DNA from: a virus
Lineage: Duplodnaviria; Caudoviricetes
Virus record (IMG/VR): IMGVR_UViG_3300023082_000012
Location: 1-54,294 of that record
Reading direction: 5' to 3' (one strand)
DNA length: 54,294 nucleotides
The notes below the pieces were generated by a model. That model was not told the DNA's origin. It worked only from the letters and a program-made list of their open reading frames with translations, and did no database searches. Made by a program: the position numbers and the translations under genes. Position 1 is the stretch's first letter; every line of letters starts with the position of its first letter. Below are positions 18,614-28,444 of this stretch, piece after piece.

Positions 18614-18663
18614 TGTCTAAAATCTTATATATTTTTTATATAAGAACTAAACACCTAATTTTG
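18614..18663 (+). promoter_or_regulatory. Putative promoter with TAATTTTG -7 element
   Basis: TAATTTTG at 18656-18663. The upstream sequence aligns ungapped with 31041-31090. Confidence 0.55.
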
Positions 18664-18680
18664 TAAAAATTTCATACCCA

Positions 18681-19373
18681 ATGACAAACGGAGAATTCGT
18701 AAGCGGTATATTGAACGATGCAAAGGCACTCAATAAGGACACTTACATACCAAGAAGACATATATTGGAGAAAGCCCGTTCTGTCGTGGAAACTTATGTG
18801 GCCCAAAGGTTGGACAGCTTTGACCTTACATTCCAGTATGACGTGGTTACCACGGTGGCATGTTTTGAACTGGAATCCGTGGATTACATAAAATGTGGGA
18901 TGGTGGAACTGAAAAACTGCCCTTCCGTAATGAAATCAAAAAAATGTTTACCAAAAACCATCAATGGCAGGATATCTTCCGGTGTATTAAGGATAACTTC
19001 CATGGACGGAAATTATGAATTCAGGTTAATTTCCCCAAACAGGTATTCTGCAAAAAAGAATAACAAGTATGTAAGGGACCTTGAAAAATTCGCCATAATA
19101 AAAGACGGACACCTTATCCTACCCAACTCCGAAGTTGAAACTGTCACCCTTGAATTGTTGACCTTTGACAGATCCGAAGCCGAGGATTGCGATTGCAACA
19201 GTGATAAAAAGAACTGCAAAACGCTTTGGGATGAAGACTTTGTATGTCCCTCCAACATATTCGTTATGGTAAGGGACAAGACCATGGGCGACATAGCTTC
19301 CACATATTTACAGATAAGAAAAGACGAAAACCCCAACCTTGATGAAAACATCAGAAGCCAAACAGTCGCCTAA
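18681..19373 (+). CDS. Tail ring protein
   Basis: MTNGEFVS start and a Cys-containing central region. First gene of the ring/IHF/tubular/muzzle block typical of crAss-like phages. Confidence 0.6.
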   Translation: MTNGEFVSGILNDAKALNKDTYIPRRHILEKARSVVETYVAQRLDSFDLTFQYDVVTTVACFELESVDYIKCGMVELKNCPSVMKSKKCLPKTINGRISSGVLRITSMDGNYEFRLISPNRYSAKKNNKYVRDLEKFAIIKDGHLILPNSEVETVTLELLTFDRSEAEDCDCNSDKKNCKTLWDEDFVCPSNIFVMVRDKTMGDIASTYLQIRKDENPNLDENIRSQTVA

Positions 19374-19809
19374 GATTGCCCTGATGACATCCAAACCCGA
19401 GTATACTGAGTATAGGTCACGTGTGGACGTAAAACATAGGGTGGTAGGCAGGGATAAGTGGTTCAAGTTTATGCAGATATATTTCGAGACCATAGCGGAA
19501 ATGTTGACGGAGTATGAAGGGGGAGTATGTATAGAGAAGACATTCTACCTTTTTTACTTCATGATGCCCCAAAGGAAGATTATCAAGCAGCTTGTGGATG
19601 GTGGGCAGAGAGTGAAAAAATTCTATAACGAACACACCGATTCCTACATATATACTCCCACGATAGTATTTCCGGATAGGTTAAATTTTTGGTCTTTTTC
19701 ACAACGGGGGTCCGCGAAGAACTTGAGAAAATCATTGCACCGGTTACTTACGGCAGGACACAAGCCCAAAAATCACTACAGCATATTGAAAATGAACCAT
19801 AAAATTTAA
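19339..19809 (+). CDS. IHF/HU-like protein (crAss-type)
   Basis: FETIAEMLTEYEGGVCIE plus a basic arm; lies just before the tail tubular gene. The start could be 19384. Confidence 0.5.
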   Translation: MMKTSEAKQSPKIALMTSKPEYTEYRSRVDVKHRVVGRDKWFKFMQIYFETIAEMLTEYEGGVCIEKTFYLFYFMMPQRKIIKQLVDGGQRVKKFYNEHTDSYIYTPTIVFPDRLNFWSFSQRGSAKNLRKSLHRLLTAGHKPKNHYSILKMNHKI

Positions 19810-19812
19810 GGG

Positions 19813-20682
19813 ATGAACAACATAGAAAGTATAATGTCCGTAGTGAGGGGCAAGCTATCCATTTATGATATAGGAAACGTGCTTGACGAGGACGACATGT
19901 ACAGGACCATAATCCTTTCCCTGAGATCTTTTGGAAACGATGCCACGGAAATGCACGAGGATGTGGTGCGTATAAGGAACGGTAAGGGAAAATTACCAAA
20001 AAATTATTACAGGCTGTACGAGGCAAGATTATGTTGCCCCATAAATTATGATAAACACGGCAAGAACATCGAGATCCATAACGTCCTTGACACGCAGTAC
20101 CTAAGCCTTATCCATGAACTAAAGACCACTTGGGATTCTTGCGACCACTGTTGCACCCAGGACGAAGCCAAGGTCTATAAAAAGGAACTTATCTACAAGG
20201 AAAACCATAAGGTAACCTGCAACTACGAAAAAGGAAAATACATCAGGATGGTAAGGGGATTCGTAAAGAATGACTGTGCCGCCGAATGTCTGGCCCTGAA
20301 AAGAAATGATTGCGTGGAAGAAGTGAGCGTGATGCAGGACATGATGTATGCCAACTTTAACGAGGGTGACGTATACATAAAATACAAAGGCTTCCTTATG
20401 GATGAAAAAGGTGGGCTTGAACTTATAGACACGCCAAACGGGAACATGGAGAGGTTCATAGAATATGAACTACTTTCGGAAATGTCCGAAAAGCTCATGG
20501 TCAATAAGGAAGCGCAGTCCGCATTGGGACAACTCTTACCGTTATGGATGCAGAAGAGGGATAAATACAGGCATAATGCTTCCACGGAACTGAAGATGAA
20601 ATCCTTGCAGCCTAAACAATTGGCCAAGGAAATACAGATGGAAAACAGAAGATACTTCGACAGAAACAGCCTGAGACGCTAA
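19813..20682 (+). CDS. Tail tubular/ring protein (P22 gp4-like)
   Basis: KGKLPKNYYRL and ANFNEGDVYIKYKG motifs; directly precedes the muzzle gene. Confidence 0.65.
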   Translation: MNNIESIMSVVRGKLSIYDIGNVLDEDDMYRTIILSLRSFGNDATEMHEDVVRIRNGKGKLPKNYYRLYEARLCCPINYDKHGKNIEIHNVLDTQYLSLIHELKTTWDSCDHCCTQDEAKVYKKELIYKENHKVTCNYEKGKYIRMVRGFVKNDCAAECLALKRNDCVEEVSVMQDMMYANFNEGDVYIKYKGFLMDEKGGLELIDTPNGNMERFIEYELLSEMSEKLMVNKEAQSALGQLLPLWMQKRDKYRHNASTELKMKSLQPKQLAKEIQMENRRYFDRNSLRR

Positions 20683-20683
20683 T

Positions 20684-23600
20684 ATGAATAAATCAGAAAA
20701 AAGGATGCCTAGAAAAGGCATGAACAGGCACACCCATCCTTCGGAACTCCAGCAGAACGAATATTCTTTTGCCTACAACGCAAACATTCAGGATGAACAC
20801 GGTGACGGGGATTATATTCTGCTGAATGAGCCTTCCAACCTGAAATGTTCGGGATTTAAGGAAGGTTTTGTCGTTCTGAAACATAAGTATGACAACGTCA
20901 ACAACGTAATATATTTCTTTCTGGTCAACCCTTTAACGGGATGTTCGGAGATAGGGAGCATTTCCGCCTCTGAAAACTTTGAACCAAACCAAGTGGTGGA
21001 GAGGCTCTGCAAGTGTGATGCTTTTGCAGTGGAAGAAACGCCATTGGAAGATGTTTTGCAGGAAGACCTATGTGAATATACCACGATAATTTCCGATTAC
21101 TGCGAACTGACCGATCCTCCTTCCTGTACGGGATGCCTTAACTTTTCAACGAAATTTCCCATACTTGACGTCCAGATAAGGCACTCGGCGTTGGGTACGG
21201 AAATCTATTGGAATGACGCAAACAATCCTGACAGATACATAAAACTTTACGATCTGGACAATTATGTTCAGGACGTTGATGATTGTTCTGGTGAAATTAC
21301 GCCCACATGTTTGCAATGCGACAAGTTGGACGTATTCAATAAATACGGCTTCCCATGCCTACGTGCAGAAAGCGTAGACGGAGGAGGCAACCTTCGTATG
21401 GGTATATACGAGATAGACATAACATATTCTGACGTTGACGGTACGGAACTTTCCGACCACTTCCCCGCCGTAAACCCGGTATCCATATTTGACAGGAACA
21501 ATACCATATTGGACCAAACACAGTTGGATTCCTACACTAACCAATCTATCCGTGTGGAAGTGTCAAATCTGGATCAGGACTACGATTATTATAAGGTAAC
21601 CGTATTTTTCAGGTCGGGCAACAACCCGAACTTCCAATACAGGACTTACGCCGTCTACCCCATAAGCCAGACCAGTTTCACCATTTCGGAAATGTCCAAG
21701 GTGGAAGAGAGTAATTCCGATATGGTTGAGTCAAGCAACAGGGTAAACGAGTTTGACATACTGAACCAAAGGCCGTTCTACATGAATTCCGGCATCATGT
21801 CCACCATAAACGGACACATGTTTCTGGGGGACATAACGGCAAGGAGGGAAATAAACCTTCAACCCGTGGTAAACCTTATGGGTTTTGCGGCCAGATGGGG
21901 AACGGTACTTGCCAAGGAAAGGTTATACAGGGATGGTTCAAGCGTATCAAACTATAAAGGTTACATGCGTGACGAGGTGGTCCCTTATGGCATAGTTTTC
22001 CAGTTTGACGGAGGTTGGAGAAGCGCATTGTTTCCCATAATACCAAGACCCCCCTTGGATTCGGAAATAGCCACGATGCCGGACGATACAAACAAGCTTT
22101 CCATAGACGAATACATAGATGAATGTTCCGATAACCCAAGGACACAGGTCTGGCAATATCTTAACACGGGTACGGTCATAGGCGAGTGCCCCGGTTCCCC
22201 ATCCGGCGATGGTGTACCGATAGAGGTTGAAAGTTCCAACACCTGTATAACCGAAACGGAGATAACGGTAGGACCCGGTGTTATACCTTTCGATTTTGAG
22301 CAGACCATTGGGGAATGGGTGTTGGATCCTGCCAATTACGCCACCATACAGGATCCCGCAAACACGGATTTGGTTGATATAGCGGACGCGATAGACAATA
22401 CCGACTATGCACAGTATGGGGATTGTACCGTTGACGTAGGTGATACATGTACCGACCCCGTTCTGGTTTCCGAAGAAATAGTTATACTTTCGGTGTTGGG
22501 TGAAGCCGTGGGGCAGGTGAGCATACCACAGAATCAGTATGATCCCGTCCAACCTGCGGACAGTTGTGAATTTTTGGTGGAACCCGATACGCATGACGTA
22601 CCGGTGGAAACGGTTTTGGGACCGGGAAGTACGGTTTGGCTCAAGACGCCCATAACAAACACCACATGTTCATTGGCTGAATCGACCTTTGACTTCCTGC
22701 CTGGACAAGGTGGACCGGGTTGGCATCTTGTCGATATGTCCACCACTGGACCTATTTCCGACCTTTATGATACTTCCATACCCGTGAGCCAAACGGGACC
22801 GGGATATTTTCCTTTTCTTCACGATAACGCCGCTTGGTTCAAGGGGTCGTTCATAGCTTCGGAAAGGATTATATTTGAACTTAGTCCCATAGAATGTGTC
22901 AGGACAGACGACAATACAAACAATTCCGTCAGGGTAAGCGTTTTCTATGGATGTCCCAATTTGGTTGAAGTGCCTGTTTACAGCAGGATAATCACTGACA
23001 TGACCACGCCGAATGACCCCCAGAAATTTTTTGACTTTTCCATAGCGGATTTTCCGGGACAGTCTCCCATGGTTTACATAGCCATAGATTCGCCCATGTA
23101 TTCAAATTATGTGGTGCAGGTAACTTTCAGCGGGACTTCGGGAACGGGTAACGTCGTGATAGAAGGTGTTAACTACCCCGCCGTATTCAATACGGACGCC
23201 ACCACAACGGCTTCCGATTTCTTTACCGTAAACTCGGCGGCTTTATCTTTGGCAGGAATGACTCCCGCATTTGGTGGAGGTGTCCTTACGATTGCCATGA
23301 ATTTTGAGCAATATGATTCCTTGGAATGGAACAATCTCACGGGGGACCTAAACGCTACGTTCACTTTGGTAAGTCAGGGACACACCCTTCAACCCCCGTG
23401 CGGGTGTTTTGCCGTATATAAACGGGAAGTGGTGCTCAGGACGATAAAAGTTTACGACAGCATAACATTCGCCAAAAGACAGTTATATGAATACACCTGT
23501 ACCTACATAAAGATAAAAGTGACGGATTGTGATCCCGCACCGGATCAATACGGGCTTTTCTCCTATTGGCAATCCGAACTTAAATATCCGTGTAACCCTG

Positions 23601-26600
23601 AACTTTTTGATTCCACTACTTTAACTATAGGGATAGACGATATACCTTTGGAGTACAGGGATGAGTTTGAAGATTACTACGTGACCGGTACTGCCGGAGG
23701 TAACTATGTGCTTGGTACATCTGCCAACTTCATGGACCAGCCCATAAGGCACTTCAAGTATCCGGACAGTTCGGTGATACCGTTCATGGAAGCTTCCGAC
23801 ACAAATTTCAATGACCTTAAGGATACCGATGCATTTATTCGTCCGATAGGTTTTATGTTGGATAATGACATAATAAACACTTTCCTTGATGTAGCCGTTA
23901 AATCCGGACTACTTACACAGGAGGAAAGGGATAGCATAACGGGTTACGAAATATTCAGGGGCGACAGGGCCAACGAGAGAAGCATAGTGGCAAAGGGTCT
24001 GATAAACGATATGCGTTTTTATGACGATAAATCAAGGGAAGGTTTTGAGGATACGACGACTTATTATCCTAACTATCCCCTCAACGACCAATCGGCAATT
24101 GATAACCTGAATGGTGCGGGAGGTAAGGTGGACATGAGTTTCTTCAGTTTCCATTCTCCCGACACGAGTTTTAATTTCCCTTCCCTTCCTTATGAGATGG
24201 GAGTGGAAGGCTACCAATTCGGGGTATCGCTGAATAAATTTTCCTACGTGGAAGATCACGTTGAGTGGATACTATTGGGCAAAAAGGCCAGAAATTTGGC
24301 CATGGGACTTGCTGCGGCAGAATTTGCCTTTGAACTACTCATGAACATATCCGACGTGTTGGTATTGGCCGGTACGGGCGGCATATCCGTAATCGTGGCG
24401 GCGGTTTTGGCGGCGGTGGCGGTTATAGGCATAGCATTCACGGCCCCTTACAGGATAGGTAAATATAAATATGAGTGGTTGACCATATTTGAAAATTTTG
24501 GTACACCCATGAACTTTGCCTACTATGGCATAGCCGAAGGGATATACAAGAGTTTCCAACCAAACGACGTAGCTAATTCCAAGCTAAGGGGATTGTCTTT
24601 GAGCCATTACATAAAATCTGGCAGATTGACCGTTTTGGATGAAAAGATAGGTGAAACATTATATGTAAACAATTACAAACGTGAAAATTCCGTGCTTGTC
24701 AGGATGGGGGAGGCATTTAAACTTACACCAGTCACAGGTTACGCAGGCTACGACAATAGTGCATTCAACATCCCCACAAAACAGACGGGTATATTGGGAG
24801 ACTACACGAATAAGGCTGCAAGTCCTTATGTTTCATTAAAGCGTTACAGACCCAACCAATATGGATCAATAAATTCCGTGGACTGGTTACCTACGGGATA
24901 CTGTGGCAGGTTGGATGAGGACAATACGTGTTCCATAGTATTTGGTGGTGATACCTTCATTTCAAGGTTTTCTCCCAAGATAAAGATGCCGTTCTTTACG
25001 GACATAGCCATAAACTTGCCACCTGGGACGCCTTACAAATACTCTTCCAAGTTCAACCTTAACAATGGTAACAGGGACAGTAGGGGCTATCTTGACTACA
25101 AGACTTCCGACGATAACATGTTGGCGGGTTATTTCCAGATACCGGAAAACAAAAGTGAATATACCCTGTGGAACGGAAATTCTTGGGTAGATGGCGACAT
25201 AAACCAATTCTACGTCAAGGACGAGTATAAATTCTTGGTGGGGTACTACGGATTCCCTTATTTTTTGGTAGAATCCGAATATAATTGTAACAACCGCTAC
25301 GCAAAAAGGGAACTGTTCGAAAATTTTTACCCTAATGTAGGTGACGTCATAGAATATACACAGGAGACAAACGTCCCCATGAGCAAGGAACACCTTTTCC
25401 TTTATAACGGTGTATATTCGGCACGTCCACACAAAAGGGCTTACAGGTTGTTGCCGATAAATTTTTCAAGGATTGTTGCCGATAAACAGAACGATTACAG
25501 CAACGCCTTGGCATACTCGGATCAGGACGACAGTTCCTCGGCCCGAACGAGAAGCCCCTGGTTAAATTTCAGGCCGGGTAACGTACACGTATTCAATAAA
25601 GAGTACGGCAGTCTCGTAGACGCAAGGGGAATAGAGAACGAACTAATATGGGTAAGGTTTACCAACGGATATGAGATATATAACTCCGTGGATCCCTTAA
25701 GGGAAAGGCTGACCGAAAACAACAGGCGTGTAGGGTTGGGGGGCATATTCAACAACAGGGCATTAAGTTTCAACAAGACCACATTAGGCTACAACGGCAC
25801 CCAGCATAAAGCTTCCATAAGCACGGAATTCGGACATTACAGCGTTGACGCCATGAGGGGAAAGGTATTTGAGATGCAGCCAGGCGGAAAAGGTGTGAAC
25901 GAAATATCCCTTTCCATGGACAAATGGTTCAAGGAGCAACTGCCATTCAAACTTTTAAAGTATTTTCCTGACGTAAAAATTGATGATGCTTACAATGGTT
26001 TGGGAATTTCTATGGGATGGGACGACCGTACCAAAAGACTTTTCCTGACTAAGTTGGACTACATACCAAAATCGGGGTTAGGCATACAATGGAGCGAGGA
26101 AGATGGATTCTATATAACGGAAGGCGAAGAATTGATTCCTATATCCTTGACCGACACAGATTACTTTGACAAGGCACACTGGACGGTGGCTTATAGTCCG
26201 TTGACGAAGAGTTGGATATCCTATTATGCTTTCCATCCTTTCTACTATATAAGCCTTGATGACCACTTCAAGACGGGGCTTAATATTTTAGGGGATACCA
26301 AGCATGGGCTTTGGAGTCATTATCCTTTGGTCAGTTCCTACCAAGTGTTTTACGGGGAAAGACATCCTTTCATCGTGGAATTTTCTACTGGAAGCATTTT
26401 TGAAAGGGGTAAGATGAACTCCTTGGCTTTCTGGTTGGACTCAAGAAAGTATACCAATTTATATGATTTTTCTGATAAAGTTGGAACAGGTTTCGATAAA
26501 TTGTATATTTACAACAATTTCCAGAACTCGGGAAAACTTAACCTAATTTTCAACAAGTATAATGACAGAAGGTTAAGTCTCAAATATCCTAAGTTCAATA

Positions 26601-26878
26601 GTGACAGCATAGACATCACCCAAACCGAGTATGAAGGTAAGTGGCAGATAAACCAGTTCTGGAACATCGTAAAGAACGAAAAATCTGGTTTGCCTATCTG
26701 GTTGAACGACAATGTTAACGTATTGAAAACATTGAACCCACCCACGTTGGACTATAGGGCCACAAGGAAAGACATGTTGTTGGGGGATTACTTCCTGAAC
26801 AGGTTGGAAAACACTTTGGAGTCAAGATACAGGATGATGTTCAGGGTAGCGGATTTTGAAAGGAGCAATTACAGCTAA
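20684..26878 (+). CDS. Tail stabilization/muzzle protein (P22 gp10-like), 2064 aa
   Basis: KGMNR..HPS start, GYMRDEVVPYGI, FGGDTFISRF and WTVAYSP...WISYY motifs, plus a large central insertion. Confidence 0.8.
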   Translation: MNKSEKRMPRKGMNRHTHPSELQQNEYSFAYNANIQDEHGDGDYILLNEPSNLKCSGFKEGFVVLKHKYDNVNNVIYFFLVNPLTGCSEIGSISASENFEPNQVVERLCKCDAFAVEETPLEDVLQEDLCEYTTIISDYCELTDPPSCTGCLNFSTKFPILDVQIRHSALGTEIYWNDANNPDRYIKLYDLDNYVQDVDDCSGEITPTCLQCDKLDVFNKYGFPCLRAESVDGGGNLRMGIYEIDITYSDVDGTELSDHFPAVNPVSIFDRNNTILDQTQLDSYTNQSIRVEVSNLDQDYDYYKVTVFFRSGNNPNFQYRTYAVYPISQTSFTISEMSKVEESNSDMVESSNRVNEFDILNQRPFYMNSGIMSTINGHMFLGDITARREINLQPVVNLMGFAARWGTVLAKERLYRDGSSVSNYKGYMRDEVVPYGIVFQFDGGWRSALFPIIPRPPLDSEIATMPDDTNKLSIDEYIDECSDNPRTQVWQYLNTGTVIGECPGSPSGDGVPIEVESSNTCITETEITVGPGVIPFDFEQTIGEWVLDPANYATIQDPANTDLVDIADAIDNTDYAQYGDCTVDVGDTCTDPVLVSEEIVILSVLGEAVGQVSIPQNQYDPVQPADSCEFLVEPDTHDVPVETVLGPGSTVWLKTPITNTTCSLAESTFDFLPGQGGPGWHLVDMSTTGPISDLYDTSIPVSQTGPGYFPFLHDNAAWFKGSFIASERIIFELSPIECVRTDDNTNNSVRVSVFYGCPNLVEVPVYSRIITDMTTPNDPQKFFDFSIADFPGQSPMVYIAIDSPMYSNYVVQVTFSGTSGTGNVVIEGVNYPAVFNTDATTTASDFFTVNSAALSLAGMTPAFGGGVLTIAMNFEQYDSLEWNNLTGDLNATFTLVSQGHTLQPPCGCFAVYKREVVLRTIKVYDSITFAKRQLYEYTCTYIKIKVTDCDPAPDQYGLFSYWQSELKYPCNPELFDSTTLTIGIDDIPLEYRDEFEDYYVTGTAGGNYVLGTSANFMDQPIRHFKYPDSSVIPFMEASDTNFNDLKDTDAFIRPIGFMLDNDIINTFLDVAVKSGLLTQEERDSITGYEIFRGDRANERSIVAKGLINDMRFYDDKSREGFEDTTTYYPNYPLNDQSAIDNLNGAGGKVDMSFFSFHSPDTSFNFPSLPYEMGVEGYQFGVSLNKFSYVEDHVEWILLGKKARNLAMGLAAAEFAFELLMNISDVLVLAGTGGISVIVAAVLAAVAVIGIAFTAPYRIGKYKYEWLTIFENFGTPMNFAYYGIAEGIYKSFQPNDVANSKLRGLSLSHYIKSGRLTVLDEKIGETLYVNNYKRENSVLVRMGEAFKLTPVTGYAGYDNSAFNIPTKQTGILGDYTNKAASPYVSLKRYRPNQYGSINSVDWLPTGYCGRLDEDNTCSIVFGGDTFISRFSPKIKMPFFTDIAINLPPGTPYKYSSKFNLNNGNRDSRGYLDYKTSDDNMLAGYFQIPENKSEYTLWNGNSWVDGDINQFYVKDEYKFLVGYYGFPYFLVESEYNCNNRYAKRELFENFYPNVGDVIEYTQETNVPMSKEHLFLYNGVYSARPHKRAYRLLPINFSRIVADKQNDYSNALAYSDQDDSSSARTRSPWLNFRPGNVHVFNKEYGSLVDARGIENELIWVRFTNGYEIYNSVDPLRERLTENNRRVGLGGIFNNRALSFNKTTLGYNGTQHKASISTEFGHYSVDAMRGKVFEMQPGGKGVNEISLSMDKWFKEQLPFKLLKYFPDVKIDDAYNGLGISMGWDDRTKRLFLTKLDYIPKSGLGIQWSEEDGFYITEGEELIPISLTDTDYFDKAHWTVAYSPLTKSWISYYAFHPFYYISLDDHFKTGLNILGDTKHGLWSHYPLVSSYQVFYGERHPFIVEFSTGSIFERGKMNSLAFWLDSRKYTNLYDFSDKVGTGFDKLYIYNNFQNSGKLNLIFNKYNDRRLSLKYPKFNSDSIDITQTEYEGKWQINQFWNIVKNEKSGLPIWLNDNVNVLKTLNPPTLDYRATRKDMLLGDYFLNRLENTLESRYRMMFRVADFERSNYS

Positions 26879-27711
26879 TGGCAACGAAACCAAATACAGG
26901 CCCCGGACCTAACCCCCGCATAAAGGACATGGACAAGGAGTCCTATGCTTACTACAACACTTTAAGCCAAAACACAAAAGGCTTCATAGACGAGTATTAT
27001 GAAAAGACGGGCAGGACGTTTAACATCACTTCGGGGGCGAGACCAAAAGGTAAGACCACTTCCCACCACCATATAGGGGATGCATTTGACGTAAAGGCTA
27101 TCCACACGGTAGATTACGATTACTTACTTAACACTAAGGAAGGATTGGGCCTTTTGAATAAATACGGTCTGGGGGTAATAGACGAAACCGATCCCGTAAT
27201 GATGGAGAAAACAGGTGCAACGGGACCACATTTCCATATAGGGAAGGACAGCAAGTGGACGTCCAAGGTAAAGGAGAGGTATGACAATTTTGATGTTGCA
27301 CCAAAAGTTGTGGCTTACAACGAGTGGGTAAACACTGGAAACAACCCAGGTGACTTCACGCCTTTCCTCGAATTGGAAGGTCATAAAGGACACACGGACG
27401 AAGCTGCACAGAAAGCCTACGTACCATACAAGGATTATGTGGGGGCTACGATCGACACAAGGGTGGCCGAAAAGGAAATAATCAAGACGGTGAAAGAGGA
27501 GCAGGACGATGACAGAAAAGCATTGGCCGACGCAACAAAAGCAGAAAACGAATACAAGGCTTCCATACTCTCACAGTACCAGAACCATCTGTCCACCGTA
27601 AATAACGACCCACTACAAAAATATCAGGACCAGGGCAACAGGACTGTACAGTTACCCAATCCCGAATTTCAATTGCAGGACTATAACCTAAACATTTTTA
27701 ACGCAGGATAA
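26878..27711 (+). CDS. Putative virion-associated peptidase M15 (Zn D-Ala-D-Ala-type) protein
   Basis: ITSGAR, H-x6-D (HHIGDAFD) and GPHFHIG motifs. Confidence 0.75.
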   Translation: MATKPNTGPGPNPRIKDMDKESYAYYNTLSQNTKGFIDEYYEKTGRTFNITSGARPKGKTTSHHHIGDAFDVKAIHTVDYDYLLNTKEGLGLLNKYGLGVIDETDPVMMEKTGATGPHFHIGKDSKWTSKVKERYDNFDVAPKVVAYNEWVNTGNNPGDFTPFLELEGHKGHTDEAAQKAYVPYKDYVGATIDTRVAEKEIIKTVKEEQDDDRKALADATKAENEYKASILSQYQNHLSTVNNDPLQKYQDQGNRTVQLPNPEFQLQDYNLNIFNAG

Positions 27712-27716
27712 ACGAC

Positions 27717-28439
27717 ATGAACGAAAGACAGATTTACATAGATATGCTCATAGCACAGGGCAGAACCCCACAACAGGCCCAGGAACTTGCGGACTTTAAG
27801 TTTGGGTCGGCGGGAACTTCCATGAATTCGGGCCAGCCTGCACAAAACCCTATGGACGCACTGTTTCCCCTGAACGAATCTTACAGGTTTGGAAATCCCG
27901 ATCAATCGCAGGCCACCAACGCAAACCCTTTCCCAAATGCACAACAATTGCCGTCAGGCTACACACAGAGTGCATATACGAGATTAGGGACCACTTACGC
28001 GGGAGGAAGCGATGCAAACAGTATGGACCAAATGACGGGACTGCCCATCCCCGCCGAAACGGAGGTAGCACCTACGGACCCGTTGAGCCAGATATCACAG
28101 TATGCGGAGCTTTTCAACCCCTATGGCACGGACGTGGAAACCGAGCTTTACAGTTTGGGACAACAGGTAGGTGCAAACCCTACCACTACGGAAGGAAAAG
28201 TGGCACAAGGACTGGGTATAGCAGGTGCGGCAGGTGCGGCATTGTTTGGAAGTGCAAGGGGATTTTTGTCGGGACTGTCAAATTCCAACGCCACACAAAG
28301 ATATTGGGAGTGGATGCAAAAACAGAAGCAACAACAAAATTACACCCCCGCATCACAAACGTTGAACACATCCTCTGATAATAGGGGCGGTGTAACAACA
28401 TTCAAAAACGGCGGAAGGTTTATTAAACTTAATTTTTAA
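27717..28439 (+). CDS. Gln-rich cargo/ejection protein with Gly/Ala hydrophobic helix
   Basis: GLGIAGAAGAALFG segment in a low-complexity protein within the cargo cluster. Confidence 0.55.
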   Translation: MNERQIYIDMLIAQGRTPQQAQELADFKFGSAGTSMNSGQPAQNPMDALFPLNESYRFGNPDQSQATNANPFPNAQQLPSGYTQSAYTRLGTTYAGGSDANSMDQMTGLPIPAETEVAPTDPLSQISQYAELFNPYGTDVETELYSLGQQVGANPTTTEGKVAQGLGIAGAAGAALFGSARGFLSGLSNSNATQRYWEWMQKQKQQQNYTPASQTLNTSSDNRGGVTTFKNGGRFIKLNF

Positions 28440-28444
28440 GACCC

